Shown here: positions 45,386 to 55,300 of the stretch, piece by piece
Numbering within the stretch: the stretch's first letter is position 1
How the letters are laid out: each line of letters opens with the position of its first letter
Source of the DNA: a virus
Strand: one strand, 5' to 3'
DNA: 64,000 nucleotides
Virus record (IMG/VR): IMGVR_UViG_3300007986_000012
Translations under genes and position numbers: made by a program
The notes under the pieces: model-generated
Databases searched by the model: none
Told to the model about the DNA's origin: nothing
What the model saw: the letters and a program-made list of their open reading frames with translations, nothing else

Positions 45386-45997
45386 ATGAGCAACATTCAA
45401 AATAAAATTGTAGACGCAATATTCGAAAACGACGAGGAATTGACTCGCACTCTAGTACGAGAACTTTCTTACGTTAAGACTCGAAAGATTCTTGGACTTT
45501 TGGAAAGTGGTGAAGTCACTATTCGCGGTAACGACATTTTCGTAGGTGGCAATACGGTCGGTTCTTTTGAAACCAAGGACGATAAGATCGAATTCACGGC
45601 CTCCGGTGATGGTACCGTCAAGACTTTCGAAAACGATGAAGAATTGATGAATTATGTTTCCGGCCTTACTGAAGATATGAAAGAAGTAAAGGCACCAGAA
45701 GGATACACAAAGCATGATCTTTCGGCAAAACACAAAGACGAGCGCATGGAAAATCCTAAAAAGAAAGATCATGGCCATGATAAGGATCAGAAGGAACCCA
45801 CTGGTAGTAGTGCCAAGGGTCCGAAAGAGCATGAACATTCTTTAGATACAAAGGGCCACGGTCATGATAAGGATCAGAAGGAACCCACTGGTAGTAGTGC
45901 CAAGGGTCCGAAAGAACATGAGCACACCCCAAACAGTAAGGCACACTCCCATGACGCTCCGTCTGGGGTTGGAGCCGTAGAGAAGAAAGGCAAGTAA
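45386..45997 (+). CDS. Probable prohead core protein with His-rich repeats
   Basis: Position upstream of gp21; LLE and LTE sites; repeated GHDKDQKEPTGSSAKGPKEHEH. Confidence 0.7.
   Translation: MSNIQNKIVDAIFENDEELTRTLVRELSYVKTRKILGLLESGEVTIRGNDIFVGGNTVGSFETKDDKIEFTASGDGTVKTFENDEELMNYVSGLTEDMKEVKAPEGYTKHDLSAKHKDERMENPKKKDHGHDKDQKEPTGSSAKGPKEHEHSLDTKGHGHDKDQKEPTGSSAKGPKEHEHTPNSKAHSHDAPSGVGAVEKKGK
45776..45915 (+). repeat. Two copies of a 53-bp identical core with an 87-bp period
   Basis: CATGATAAGGATCAGAAGGAACCCACTGGTAGTAGTGCCAAGGGTCCGAAAGA at 45776 and 45863. Confidence 0.95.
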
Positions 45998-46626
45998 TGA
46001 TGGATACTCTAATTGAAAGCGTAGAACCCAGTATAGCAAACATTGTTTGTGAGTCTAACACGACTGGCAAAAACATGTGGCTTAGCGGTGTTTTTATGCA
46101 AGCCGAACATCCTAACAGAAACAAAAGGATCTATCCTATTTCCGAAATGACTAGCGCAGTTAAAAATGCCAATGACATCATTAAAGAAAATGGCGGCATT
46201 TTTGGAGAACTCGACCACCCAGAGAAGCTCACAATAAATATGGATAGAATATCTCACGCAATTAAAGAACTTCAAATCAACGGTAACAACGTCATAGGTA
46301 GAGCAGAGATTTTGCGCACACCAATGGGATTGATCGCTGAAGAACTTGGTAAGTCTGGTGTTCGTTATGGTATTTCTAGCAGAGGGGCCGGGAACGTTGG
46401 ACCAAATGGAGTAGTGTCTGAGTTTGTGTTTGTGACTGCTGATTTGGTTGCCACGCCTTCCGCACAGGGAGCATATCCACGTCCCGTCTATGAAGGTTTG
46501 CAGAATAGCAAGGAAGGAAGAAAGGTTCTTACTTTGGCCGAAAGTTTGAAGCATGATGAAAATGCACAGAAGTATTTCAAAAAGAGCATATTGTCATTTA
46601 TGGAGAATGTATTCAATAAGATGTAA
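45997..46626 (+). CDS. gp21: Prohead protease, T4 gp21-like
   Basis: GVFMQAE..NRNKRIYP, GELDHP, RISHAI, GISSRGAG, TADLVATPSAQGAYP. Confidence 0.95.
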   Translation: MMDTLIESVEPSIANIVCESNTTGKNMWLSGVFMQAEHPNRNKRIYPISEMTSAVKNANDIIKENGGIFGELDHPEKLTINMDRISHAIKELQINGNNVIGRAEILRTPMGLIAEELGKSGVRYGISSRGAGNVGPNGVVSEFVFVTADLVATPSAQGAYPRPVYEGLQNSKEGRKVLTLAESLKHDENAQKYFKKSILSFMENVFNKM

Positions 46627-46655
46627 TTGGATGTTACTATTGAAACATGTATAAT
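46627..46655 (+). promoter_or_regulatory. sigma70-like promoter TTGGAT-17 nt-TATAAT
   Basis: Perfect -10 box with TG extension, immediately after the gp21 stop. Confidence 0.55.
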
Positions 46656-46696
46656 TCCTTGTGTAGGCAATACTAAAAAATAAAGCTTACATCTTT

Positions 46697-46724
46697 GACC
46701 CCACACTAGTGTGGGGTCTTTTTT
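46697..46724 (+). terminator. Rho-independent terminator
   Basis: GACCCCACACTAGTGTGGGGTC (22-bp palindrome) followed by T6. Confidence 0.85.
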
Positions 46725-46774
46725 CATCTAAAAATATAGAATCTAAATACCTTTAACATAACAGGGTAACACAA

Positions 46775-47140
46775 ATGAATGAACTACACGGACAGTTGAC
46801 AATGTATGTATCAGGCGAAAATACATATACCAATGGAAATCTTACCAAAGCCACCGGAAAAGTTTCGTGGGGGATTAGGGACGACAGAAAAATAAACAAA
46901 AACGAATGGATGGTAGAGGATGGTGATTTCCTTGAAGTGTATGATAATAGTGGAAGAATACTATTTTCAAAACACATCATAGAAGATTATGATTCTCATT
47001 ACAATCCTTCTTTGAAAAGACAAGTGTATAGAGGGACCACGGTGGGGTGGCTTCCTCACGGAGTTGACGCTGGATTTTGGTTCAACATGTTCAATAATAG
47101 ATTTAGAGCAAGGTTGGTTAAAAAAGATGATCAGGAATGA
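46775..47140 (+). CDS. Hypothetical protein (Trp/Gly-rich beta protein)
   Basis: 121-aa ORF, no family recognised. Confidence 0.7.
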   Translation: MNELHGQLTMYVSGENTYTNGNLTKATGKVSWGIRDDRKINKNEWMVEDGDFLEVYDNSGRILFSKHIIEDYDSHYNPSLKRQVYRGTTVGWLPHGVDAGFWFNMFNNRFRARLVKKDDQE

Positions 47141-47258
47141 AGATAATGATGATTTGGTCGAAGGGTTCCTGAAACATTTTGATGGTAAGATGATAGACAC
47201 CCCGGCAGACATACAAGAAATCGTCAATGAGGAATTTTGGGATTTGTTAGGAGATTAA
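47127..47258 (+). CDS. Small acidic hypothetical protein (43 aa)
   Basis: MIRNEDNDDLVEGFLKHF...; overlaps the upstream stop. Confidence 0.5.
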   Translation: MIRNEDNDDLVEGFLKHFDGKMIDTPADIQEIVNEEFWDLLGD

Positions 47259-47261
47259 AGC

Positions 47262-47450
47262 ATGCCAATGTTTGATTTTAAATGTAACAAGTGTAATAAA
47301 GTAGTTGAGAAGATCGTATCACACAAAGATGTAGATAAGTTGTTTAATTGTGATTGTGAAGAACAAGGAACTCTTCAACGAGTTGAAAGGATAGGAAAAA
47401 CCTCTGTGGCTTTCAAGGGTAGATGGTTTTCAAATACCGGGGGGTATTAG
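47262..47450 (+). CDS. FmdB-family zinc-ribbon protein
   Basis: MPMFDFKCNKC...CDC...VAFKGRWF; GGAG ribosome-binding site. Confidence 0.8.
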   Translation: MPMFDFKCNKCNKVVEKIVSHKDVDKLFNCDCEEQGTLQRVERIGKTSVAFKGRWFSNTGGY

Positions 47451-47457
47451 GCTTACA

Positions 47458-47688
47458 TCAATCTAACCACTTTTCAATATTTTCTTTCAAGGCTTCTATT
47501 TCAAATAGAAGCCTTTTTGCTTCTGAGAGATTGATATATTTCATACTCTCAATACTTTCTCTTACGGCCCTTATCCTCACAACCTCTGGTTGTAAATTTC
47601 TCTCCATTTTTTCTAGAGTATTACTGTCCACCGATTTAGTTTTAGGTACTACGTAGCGATCCAGTATGCTTTGGGTGTGTTGGTTCAT
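47458..47688 (-). CDS. Small hypothetical protein (start revised to MNQHTQ)
   Basis: Helical 76-aa ORF converging on the FmdB-like gene. Confidence 0.55.
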   Translation of the reverse strand: MNQHTQSILDRYVVPKTKSVDSNTLEKMERNLQPEVVRIRAVRESIESMKYINLSEAKRLLFEIEALKENIEKWLD

Positions 47689-47882
47689 ATTCAGTCCTAA
47701 GTGTAAGTAAATATTATAGTTTTTCCCAAATATTTTGTCAATACCCAAAGACATTTTTAAAAATTCCAGAAAAATAAAAATCTTTACAAATCAATAAGTT
47801 AAGAACTTTACATTAGTATTCTTTTAATTTTTTGGTTTAACAATAAATAATACACGAAAATCCAAACAAATTTCTGGAGTAT

Positions 47883-48833
47883 ATGAAAATGGATGAACTA
47901 TTGAAAATGTTGATGGAATCTGAACTTCTAACCGAAGACACTAAACAGGAACTATCCGAACAGATTAAATCTGTGATGGAATCCAAGATTTCTGAACAGG
48001 TAGAACAGAAGGAAAACGAACTTCGTGCTGAGTATGCTCGGAAGTTTGTTACAGAGAAACAAGAACTGGCAGAAGCTATTGACACCAAGATTGAAGAGGC
48101 ATTAGCTGCCGAGTTGGAAGAATTACGTGAAGACGTAGAACGTTTCCGAGATCTTGAGGCTGAATATGCTCACAAGATCGTTGCAGAGAGACAGAAGATT
48201 GCCGAAGCTGTTCAGGAAGACATGAGACAGTTGATGGAAGCTCTAGATGCATATGTTGAACAGCGCTTGACCGCTGAACTGAATGAACACAGAGAATCCA
48301 TCGATGAGGTTCTCAAGGAAAATTACGGTCGTCAGATTGTTGAATCAATCGGTGGCGAATTCCGTAAGCGTTTCTTGAACGAAGATGATATTGAAGATCG
48401 CAAGCTTGAGTTGGAAGCAGAACTTAACGAAGCTCGCGAACAGTTGAGCGAAGTTCGTAAGAAGTTGGATGAATCCATCAGAACTCGCAAAATGGAAGAA
48501 GTTTTGGAAAGCTTGAGCGGAACTCCGCGCAGCGTAATGGAAGCAATTTTAGATAACGTTCCGACGGAAAAACTAGAAGAAGCGTATGACCGTTACATTG
48601 CTAAAGTTCTCAACGAGTCTACCAATAAAGTATCGGAGAAGGAAAGCAACAAGCCAGTACTCGCCGAGGGAGAAGAAGCTGAAAACCTACTCGAAGGTTA
48701 TGAGATCAAGACCGGTAACACACAACAGTTGGCCGAAGATGTTTCTGGCATCGATGATGGCGACGGTGACGAGGTTAAGGCTCAACTAAACGAATGGCTT
48801 ACTAAGCTTCGCAAAAGCGCAGGTGTGAAGTAA
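47883..48833 (+). CDS. gp22: Prohead scaffold protein, T4 gp22-like
   Basis: Acidic coiled coil, LLTEDTK..L, YVEQRL; directly upstream of the capsid gene. Confidence 0.9.
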   Translation: MKMDELLKMLMESELLTEDTKQELSEQIKSVMESKISEQVEQKENELRAEYARKFVTEKQELAEAIDTKIEEALAAELEELREDVERFRDLEAEYAHKIVAERQKIAEAVQEDMRQLMEALDAYVEQRLTAELNEHRESIDEVLKENYGRQIVESIGGEFRKRFLNEDDIEDRKLELEAELNEAREQLSEVRKKLDESIRTRKMEEVLESLSGTPRSVMEAILDNVPTEKLEEAYDRYIAKVLNESTNKVSEKESNKPVLAEGEEAENLLEGYEIKTGNTQQLAEDVSGIDDGDGDEVKAQLNEWLTKLRKSAGVK

Positions 48834-48870
48834 CACCACTAGTCTATAACTAAATTATAAGGAGAAAGTA

Positions 48871-50289
48871 ATGGACGATTTAAAATTGTTAAATGAAAAC
48901 TGGAATGAAGCGCGTTCCGCTCTCTTGGAAGGATTGGCTCCGAACAAGGCAGAAATGGTTGCACCGCTTCTAGAAAACCAAAAGAACTATATTCTTAAAG
49001 AAACCGCATCCTTGGGTTCTACACAGGCCCATGACATCGCGAACTTCCGTAAGACCCTGTTGCCGATGATTCGAAGAATCATTCCGGGAACCATATGTTC
49101 TGAAATCGTAGGTGTTCAGCCTATGAGTGGACCGGTATCTTTGATTTATACCTTGAGATACAAGTACGCAGAAGAAATGACCGCGCCTGCAAACTTTGAT
49201 GGAAATCCGTTTGGTGGATTTGATATTGGAGAAGGGGACGAAGCTTTCGGTAACGATAAGCCAATTCGTAGATTCTATGCTGGTTCTACCGGAACAGCTC
49301 AGCTTGCTGGGGCTTCTGGTATCGCTAACCCCAACGGCTCTGAGTCTGACATTGATGTTGGCCCGGCAACCGGTGAAGGTTGGGAATCTAGCCTTCGTCC
49401 GGGCGACGGAAATGATTACGACGTTGGTACCACTCTGTATGGTGAGCCGGTAGGTGGTTCTCTGCGCGGTGGTTCTGGTAGCTTCCTAGAAGGTTCCGGT
49501 GGTCGTAAGATGACCCTAGAGATCATCAACCAGACCGCTGAAGCTCGTACCAGAAAGCTACAGTCAGGATGGACCATTGAAGCCATGCAGGACATGCAGT
49601 CCCAGCACGGTCTAGACATCGAATCCGAACTAACCAAAGCATTGTCTGCTGAAATTGTTCAGGAAATCGACGCCGAAATCGTTGGTGACCTATTGGCTCT
49701 TGCGGGTACCGTCAGAACCTTTGATTATGATCAGACCGGTGGCACAACCTATGCACCTGCTTTTGCTGGTGACCGTTTTGCCAACCTAGGTGTTCGTATC
49801 AATGAAGTGGCAAATGAAATCGCACGTAAGACTCGTCGTGGTGCAGGTAACTTTATTGTTGCTTCTCCAATGATCGTTTCGGTTCTACAGAGTGCATCCA
49901 AGGCAGTATTTGCTCCTGCGGTTGAAGGTTCCTTCCAAGGTCCTAACAACACTCAGTTGGTTGGTACTCTAAACGGACAAATCAAGGTTTACAGCTACCT
50001 ATGGAATCAGGCTCAGTCTGTTGATAGCTTGTCTCCGCCAGTGGGTGGCAGTGATCAGATTTTGGTTGGTTATAAGGGTGGTAACGGTGAAACTGATACC
50101 GGTTACTGGTATGCACCGTATATCCCACTGATGTCTTCTGGTGTCATCATGAACCCGGTCACGTTCCAGCCTGTAATGTCCCTCATGACCCGTTATGGTA
50201 AGGTTGTTCTTACGGACACCACTACCTCTCTGGGTAACAGTGCGGACTATTACGGTAAGATCAATGTCCAAAATCTAGACTTCATTTAA
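48871..50289 (+). CDS. gp23: Major capsid protein, T4 gp23-like
   Basis: LLENQ, LPMIRRIIP, VGVQPMSGP, ARTRKLQSGWTIEAMQD..QHGLDIESEL, EIVQEID, WYAPYIPL, MTRYG. Confidence 0.97.
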   Translation: MDDLKLLNENWNEARSALLEGLAPNKAEMVAPLLENQKNYILKETASLGSTQAHDIANFRKTLLPMIRRIIPGTICSEIVGVQPMSGPVSLIYTLRYKYAEEMTAPANFDGNPFGGFDIGEGDEAFGNDKPIRRFYAGSTGTAQLAGASGIANPNGSESDIDVGPATGEGWESSLRPGDGNDYDVGTTLYGEPVGGSLRGGSGSFLEGSGGRKMTLEIINQTAEARTRKLQSGWTIEAMQDMQSQHGLDIESELTKALSAEIVQEIDAEIVGDLLALAGTVRTFDYDQTGGTTYAPAFAGDRFANLGVRINEVANEIARKTRRGAGNFIVASPMIVSVLQSASKAVFAPAVEGSFQGPNNTQLVGTLNGQIKVYSYLWNQAQSVDSLSPPVGGSDQILVGYKGGNGETDTGYWYAPYIPLMSSGVIMNPVTFQPVMSLMTRYGKVVLTDTTTSLGNSADYYGKINVQNLDFI

Positions 50290-50304
50290 GTCTCAACACC
50301 CCCG

Positions 50305-50330
50305 AAAAGCCCCGCCCTGCGGGGCTTTTT
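50305..50330 (+). terminator. Rho-independent terminator after the capsid gene
   Basis: AAAAGCCCCGC-CCT-GCGGGGCTTTTT. Confidence 0.9.
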
Positions 50331-50344
50331 TATAACCTCTAAGG

Positions 50345-50545
50345 ATGCATAGGTGGGCCTTCAGGAAAGACGCTTTGAAAGAAAAATTCTCCTCTAAATA
50401 TGATAGCAGTCTAACCGAATACCAAAACATGCTGGAATTAGGGTATGATAGAATTTGTGGTTGTGGTATATTGCGATATGAGATAGTCAATCAAGGACAA
50501 ATAAAACATGCTTACAATAAGACAAAAACACGAAAAAGCCCTTAA
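50345..50545 (+). pseudogene. C-terminal relic of a Hef-like endonuclease
   Basis: HRWAFRK...YDSSLTEYQNMLELGYDRICGCG, a degenerate RIWDCG signature; no N-terminal part. Confidence 0.7.
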
Positions 50546-50795
50546 GGTTATTATGGAGACTGGTATTGATATTGAAGATGTAGCAAAAGTTGTATCTGAA
50601 AATCAACAATTCACAGATGACGGCTGGTACATGGGTCCAAAAGAAAAAGTTTTGGGGGTTACAGGGAAGAATGGAAAGACTATTAAGTTGGTTCACGGTG
50701 GTAGTATCACGATGATACAGAGTCCCTGTCGTAGAAAAAAGAATATATCATGTGGTTTTTGGACGGGTTTACTCGTTGGAATTATTGGTTCTTAA
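50508..50795 (+). CDS. Hypothetical protein with a C-terminal hydrophobic segment
   Basis: Ends GFWTGLLVGIIGS. Confidence 0.6.
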   Translation: MLTIRQKHEKALKVIMETGIDIEDVAKVVSENQQFTDDGWYMGPKEKVLGVTGKNGKTIKLVHGGSITMIQSPCRRKKNISCGFWTGLLVGIIGS

Positions 50796-50875
50796 TTCTT
50801 GAGGACGGGAAGACAAAATTGTATCAGGTAAAAGGCAACAGATAAATATAGAAGAACAAGTTTGAAGGCACAATT

Positions 50876-51223
50876 TTGGATATAAAGAAGATTTCGTTTT
50901 CTGAGTATTTTGAAAGCAAAAAACAGCTTTTGGAAAAAGCCGAAGAAATACCTAGAATCTATTCGCATTACGAGATGAAAACTTACAAGAGGGTTCCCGT
51001 AAAAGAGTCTTATGACGATGATGATGAAAAAATTTATGTGAATCTAAAACCAAAAGATAGAATCAAAATATTGTGGGAATATGAGAATTTATATTACCCC
51101 ACTGCTAGAAATTTTGTGGTAATTACAGAAGACTGCCAAGAATACTATTTTCCTTGTTGGGGTAACAAAAAATTAATGCATTGGGTCATAACAAACACAA
51201 GAGAAATAGATGCACAGAAATGA
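50876..51223 (+). CDS. Hypothetical late protein
   Basis: GATAAATA upstream; N-terminus ISFSEYF..LLE. Confidence 0.7.
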   Translation: MDIKKISFSEYFESKKQLLEKAEEIPRIYSHYEMKTYKRVPVKESYDDDDEKIYVNLKPKDRIKILWEYENLYYPTARNFVVITEDCQEYYFPCWGNKKLMHWVITNTREIDAQK

Positions 51224-51536
51224 ACCCCCCTACGGCGATTGTGAATATCAGTTACTAGTGAAAAAGTTGGAAAATTTTTGTGGGAAGATGCCTAGCAAGT
51301 TATTGTTCGAAGAATTGTCCAAAGAGGTCAAAGAATACTCTATAAAACAATCGACAAATTTCTGGAATCAAGAGTCATCTAAAAGATTTGTGGATCACAT
51401 ATCAGAATCAGAGAAGTGGAAAAATTCTTATTGTGCTACTCTTGTCATCGAAGCAGTTCTAACAGAACTATGTAGATCATATCCCAAAACAACGTTTAAT
51501 CATATATCACAAATTCTTCTAAAATTAACGATTTAG
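51210..51536 (+). CDS. Hypothetical protein
   Basis: 108-aa ORF overlapping the previous stop. Confidence 0.6.
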   Translation: MHRNEPPYGDCEYQLLVKKLENFCGKMPSKLLFEELSKEVKEYSIKQSTNFWNQESSKRFVDHISESEKWKNSYCATLVIEAVLTELCRSYPKTTFNHISQILLKLTI

Positions 51537-51596
51537 TCTTTTTTACGCTGCTCATAAAATAAATACATATGTTGAATTTTATGGGGGCGAATCAAC

Positions 51597-52304
51597 GTGC
51601 TTTCTTTTGCAGATATTATTAAAATGGCCCAAGAATACGGCCTAGAGACCATGGTGGGGATATTGTTGATGGGGGTAATTTACTTGTTTGCGAAAGGTCA
51701 CGTTGATGTTTGGGCATTTAAGAAAAAACATCAAATTGAATCATCCAAAGCTTTTCCAGAAGAAGACTTTGACAGTATGATTGATGATATTCTCAAAAGT
51801 GAATTTTTTCGAAACATAAAATTCAAAATCACGGTAGATATACCCGCTGAGCATTTTTCTGAGGATGCTACTTTGGATATGTTGTACAAGGATCTTCTCA
51901 TATGTCTTTACACTAGCTATCAAAACGTTCTTTATGAAAAAGTGTCAAAGATGAAAAAATCAGACACCGCAGGGATGTGGGTAAATTCTTTTCTTGAAAT
52001 AATATATTATACCATGGATGAGTTTGATAAATCCACTGAAAGAATGAACATTCCTCCAGAGATTGTTGCAGAGTTTACTTCATGGTTTTCTCCGTTTTTG
52101 CATCAGATTTATAACTATGTCACAATTATTGATTTGTCTGAGCCGGGTTGCGTTGTTCGTAAAACAAAACTTTTTTTGCTAACATTAGAACTTATATTAG
52201 TCAATGCTACGGCACAAGCCCAGAAGTTTCAAGTGTTTGAAGGAAAGTTCAACGGCAAAGAATATAAAGGGAATACAATAGGCAATAAGATAGTCGACAG
52301 TTAA
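51597..52304 (+). CDS. Membrane-anchored protein (single N-terminal transmembrane segment), possibly holin-like
   Basis: TMVGILLMGVIYLFA followed by a ~200-aa soluble domain. Confidence 0.55.
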   Translation: MLSFADIIKMAQEYGLETMVGILLMGVIYLFAKGHVDVWAFKKKHQIESSKAFPEEDFDSMIDDILKSEFFRNIKFKITVDIPAEHFSEDATLDMLYKDLLICLYTSYQNVLYEKVSKMKKSDTAGMWVNSFLEIIYYTMDEFDKSTERMNIPPEIVAEFTSWFSPFLHQIYNYVTIIDLSEPGCVVRKTKLFLLTLELILVNATAQAQKFQVFEGKFNGKEYKGNTIGNKIVDS

Positions 52305-52321
52305 ATCGTTCCAATCATCTT

Positions 52322-52329
52322 TATAAATA
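52322..52329 (+). promoter_or_regulatory. Late promoter TATAAATA
   Basis: Exact motif upstream of 52355. Confidence 0.7.
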
Positions 52330-52354
52330 CACTGTAGGCATAGAGAAAGGCTAG

Positions 52355-55300
52355 ATGTCCATTTTCAAATCATTCGCAGATTCACCGGATCAAATTAGAC
52401 TAGAGGGTCAGGAAATAACCCTTAAGTATGTCAGAATTGATGATGAAACGGGGAAGCTCACTTGGAATATACCCCCGTCTATTGAAGGATGCAGTGGGGA
52501 TGGTAAGTACGACGGAATTGTGCTAACAGTCAGTAGGGTTCCGGCGAATTACATCGGTTCTTCGCCCAAGGACGGTCAATATTACATTGGTGATTCTACC
52601 GTTGACCCGGACCTACATTCTGGTAGCAGGATAGAAGATGGGGTTATGGTTGTTGGTGCATTTTATAATGATAGAACAACAACAGAGTTGGAGGTTACCG
52701 GCCTTCAACCAAACACTGCATACTATTTTTCCGGGTATGCTGCAGATAATGTTGCAAGATACCATCGAGAGGGCGTTCATTCATATTCACTGCCGACGGG
52801 AATTCAGGAAGGACCACACGATGATGCGACTCCGGCGAATCACACCATTGTACTGGACAACACCATCAGATTGACACAACCCACAGGACTAAACCCTAGC
52901 AAAACTTACAAGGTTCGTTTGAATGTCAATGATTGTGAGCACGAGATACAATTTCTTGGGGGAGAAGTATCAAACTACCAACAGTTGATAAACGTAATCA
53001 ACGAAAAGTTAATCTTGTTGGATTCGGACCTATACAAGTCTCCCGTTTTTCCGTTTATAAACACTATTTGGTTGGAAGATGGTGTTTATTATTTGTGGGA
53101 CGGTGAGAACAAAATCAAGTTAGAGATAATTTATTCGGATGTTGCTCCCAACAATCTACCAATAGGAACTCTATGGTATGACACGGATGATGATAAATTA
53201 TACGAATACAACGGAGTTGGATTAAGCGCAGGAGCTTCATGGACCGAATTAGATTTTGTCAGTTACGGATTTGACATAACAGATCCGGATGATGGGACTA
53301 TTTGGTTTGATTCTACGTCCGGCATCGCCAGAATTTGGAAGAATGGTATCTGGTGTGATCTAAATACCGTAGTTTCAACCAGAAATCCTTTGTTACCTGT
53401 TTGGATTGAAGGATTTGCCTACTGGTATAACACGGCAAGCGGGGAACTGACTAGATTAAATAAGGAAACCAGTCAGTGGGAGGAAATTCTCGCCATATAC
53501 TTTGACAAGGACCCGGAAGATATTGATGTCGGGGACTACTGGTACGACGAAAATAACGAAACCGTATTTCAGTTGCAGTCCGGGTTAAATTGGGAAGAAT
53601 CCACGAATGTTTTCTTTGAAGATACGAACTCTAATATAGCCGGCAGACTTTCTTTTCGTTATGTGAAGGATGAATTCAACCTATACCGGTGGAACTCAGC
53701 AGACGAGCTTTGGGACAGGATTCAGGTCATTAACAATGCTATTGATCCGAACGCCGATCCTGACGCTCCTGACGGTCTTCTAGGCGATTTTTGGTATGAT
53801 ACAAATGACGAAATACTGTATGAGTTTAAGTCTTCTGGTTGGGTAGTCGTAGATAATGTAGTAATAGAAGAGACAAATTCACACATCTCGGAGCCATACG
53901 ATTTGAGATATGTGAAAGACGAGCAAGCCTTATTCCAATGGTCTTCTGTAACACTATCATGGGAAGAAGTTTCGGTTGCGAGTTTCCCCACCGACCCCAG
54001 AAATAGAAGTTCATGTCAGTATTGGTGGAATTCCAGTCCTTCGGTTGACACACTGTTTTCGTGGGATTTTTTAAATTCTCGATGGGTGGAAGTCGACAAT
54101 TTCTTCCAGCAGGAAAGCAATCCACTGGAGCCAGAAAAATTGCCGGAAGGTACAGTTTGGTTTAACCCGGAAACTGAGGTGTTGACCAGAATTCTTTCTG
54201 AAGCATGTGAAGAGCTTAAATTCATCAACGAAACTTTTAACCCGCTGGAACCACCACTCGGGCTATATTGGCTGTTTGATGATAAATTTTACATGTATTC
54301 AGAAAGTTTGCAGCAATGGATTTTGTTAGACGAACAACCTATTAGATCACCGACTGATCCGACTGACGTTGAGGCGGGTACATATTGGCTTAACACCATT
54401 ACAGATGAGCTATTTCAATGGGATGGGTCGTTCTGGGTTTTACAAGAAGTTGCTGAATCTGACCCCAAACCAGACGAAGGTTTTGTTTGGTACAACACTG
54501 CCGAGGAACAATTGTATTTGTGGAATGCAATTAGATGGGAAAAAACCACAGCATTTGCATATTTAGAATTTACAAAGGGAGAAGAATGTAACGACAAAGA
54601 CACATTTGTATTTAAAACTCGTGTGAGGGGATGTGATGCGGTAATTGAAGTTTTAGATGTAGTAGATAATGTATTTGGGGACCTTTCTGTCACTATAAGA
54701 TATAGAGAACCGGTTCCGGGGCAAGATATTCAAAGAGTCAAGCCCATGTACAAACAACTCGGCGTCGGGGACGATGGAAGTCCGGATGAACGTCGAGAAC
54801 TACACAGAAAGATTCGCGAGCTTCTCGGGTCTCCTTCCACGAAAGTTGAGTTATCGAAATCACAGATAGATATATGTATAGACAACGCGTTGAAAACATT
54901 GAGAAAGTATAGTGGTTATGCATATAAGAGAGGTTTTTTCTTCTTGAATATGAAGAGAAATCAACAAACTTATGAACTGAGCGATAAGTGCGTTGGTTTT
55001 AATAAGATCGTAAAGGTTACAGCCACGTATCGTTTGAGGAGCGGTTTCCTCAAGGGCGCGTATTCCGGGTATGATATATATGGTTACGCCGCTTTAAAAC
55101 AGTTGTATACCCTTGGCTCCTTTGATATTTTGAGTTTTCATCTGGTTTCATCTTTTATTGAAGAACTTGAAAATATTTTTGCTACCAGATTGACATTCCA
55201 ATGGAACGAGCAGACTAGAGAATTAAAAATGTACAACGCGATTTACGCAGATGAAAAAATATTGGTTGACGCCAGCGTAGAAAGAACAGAACAAGATTTA

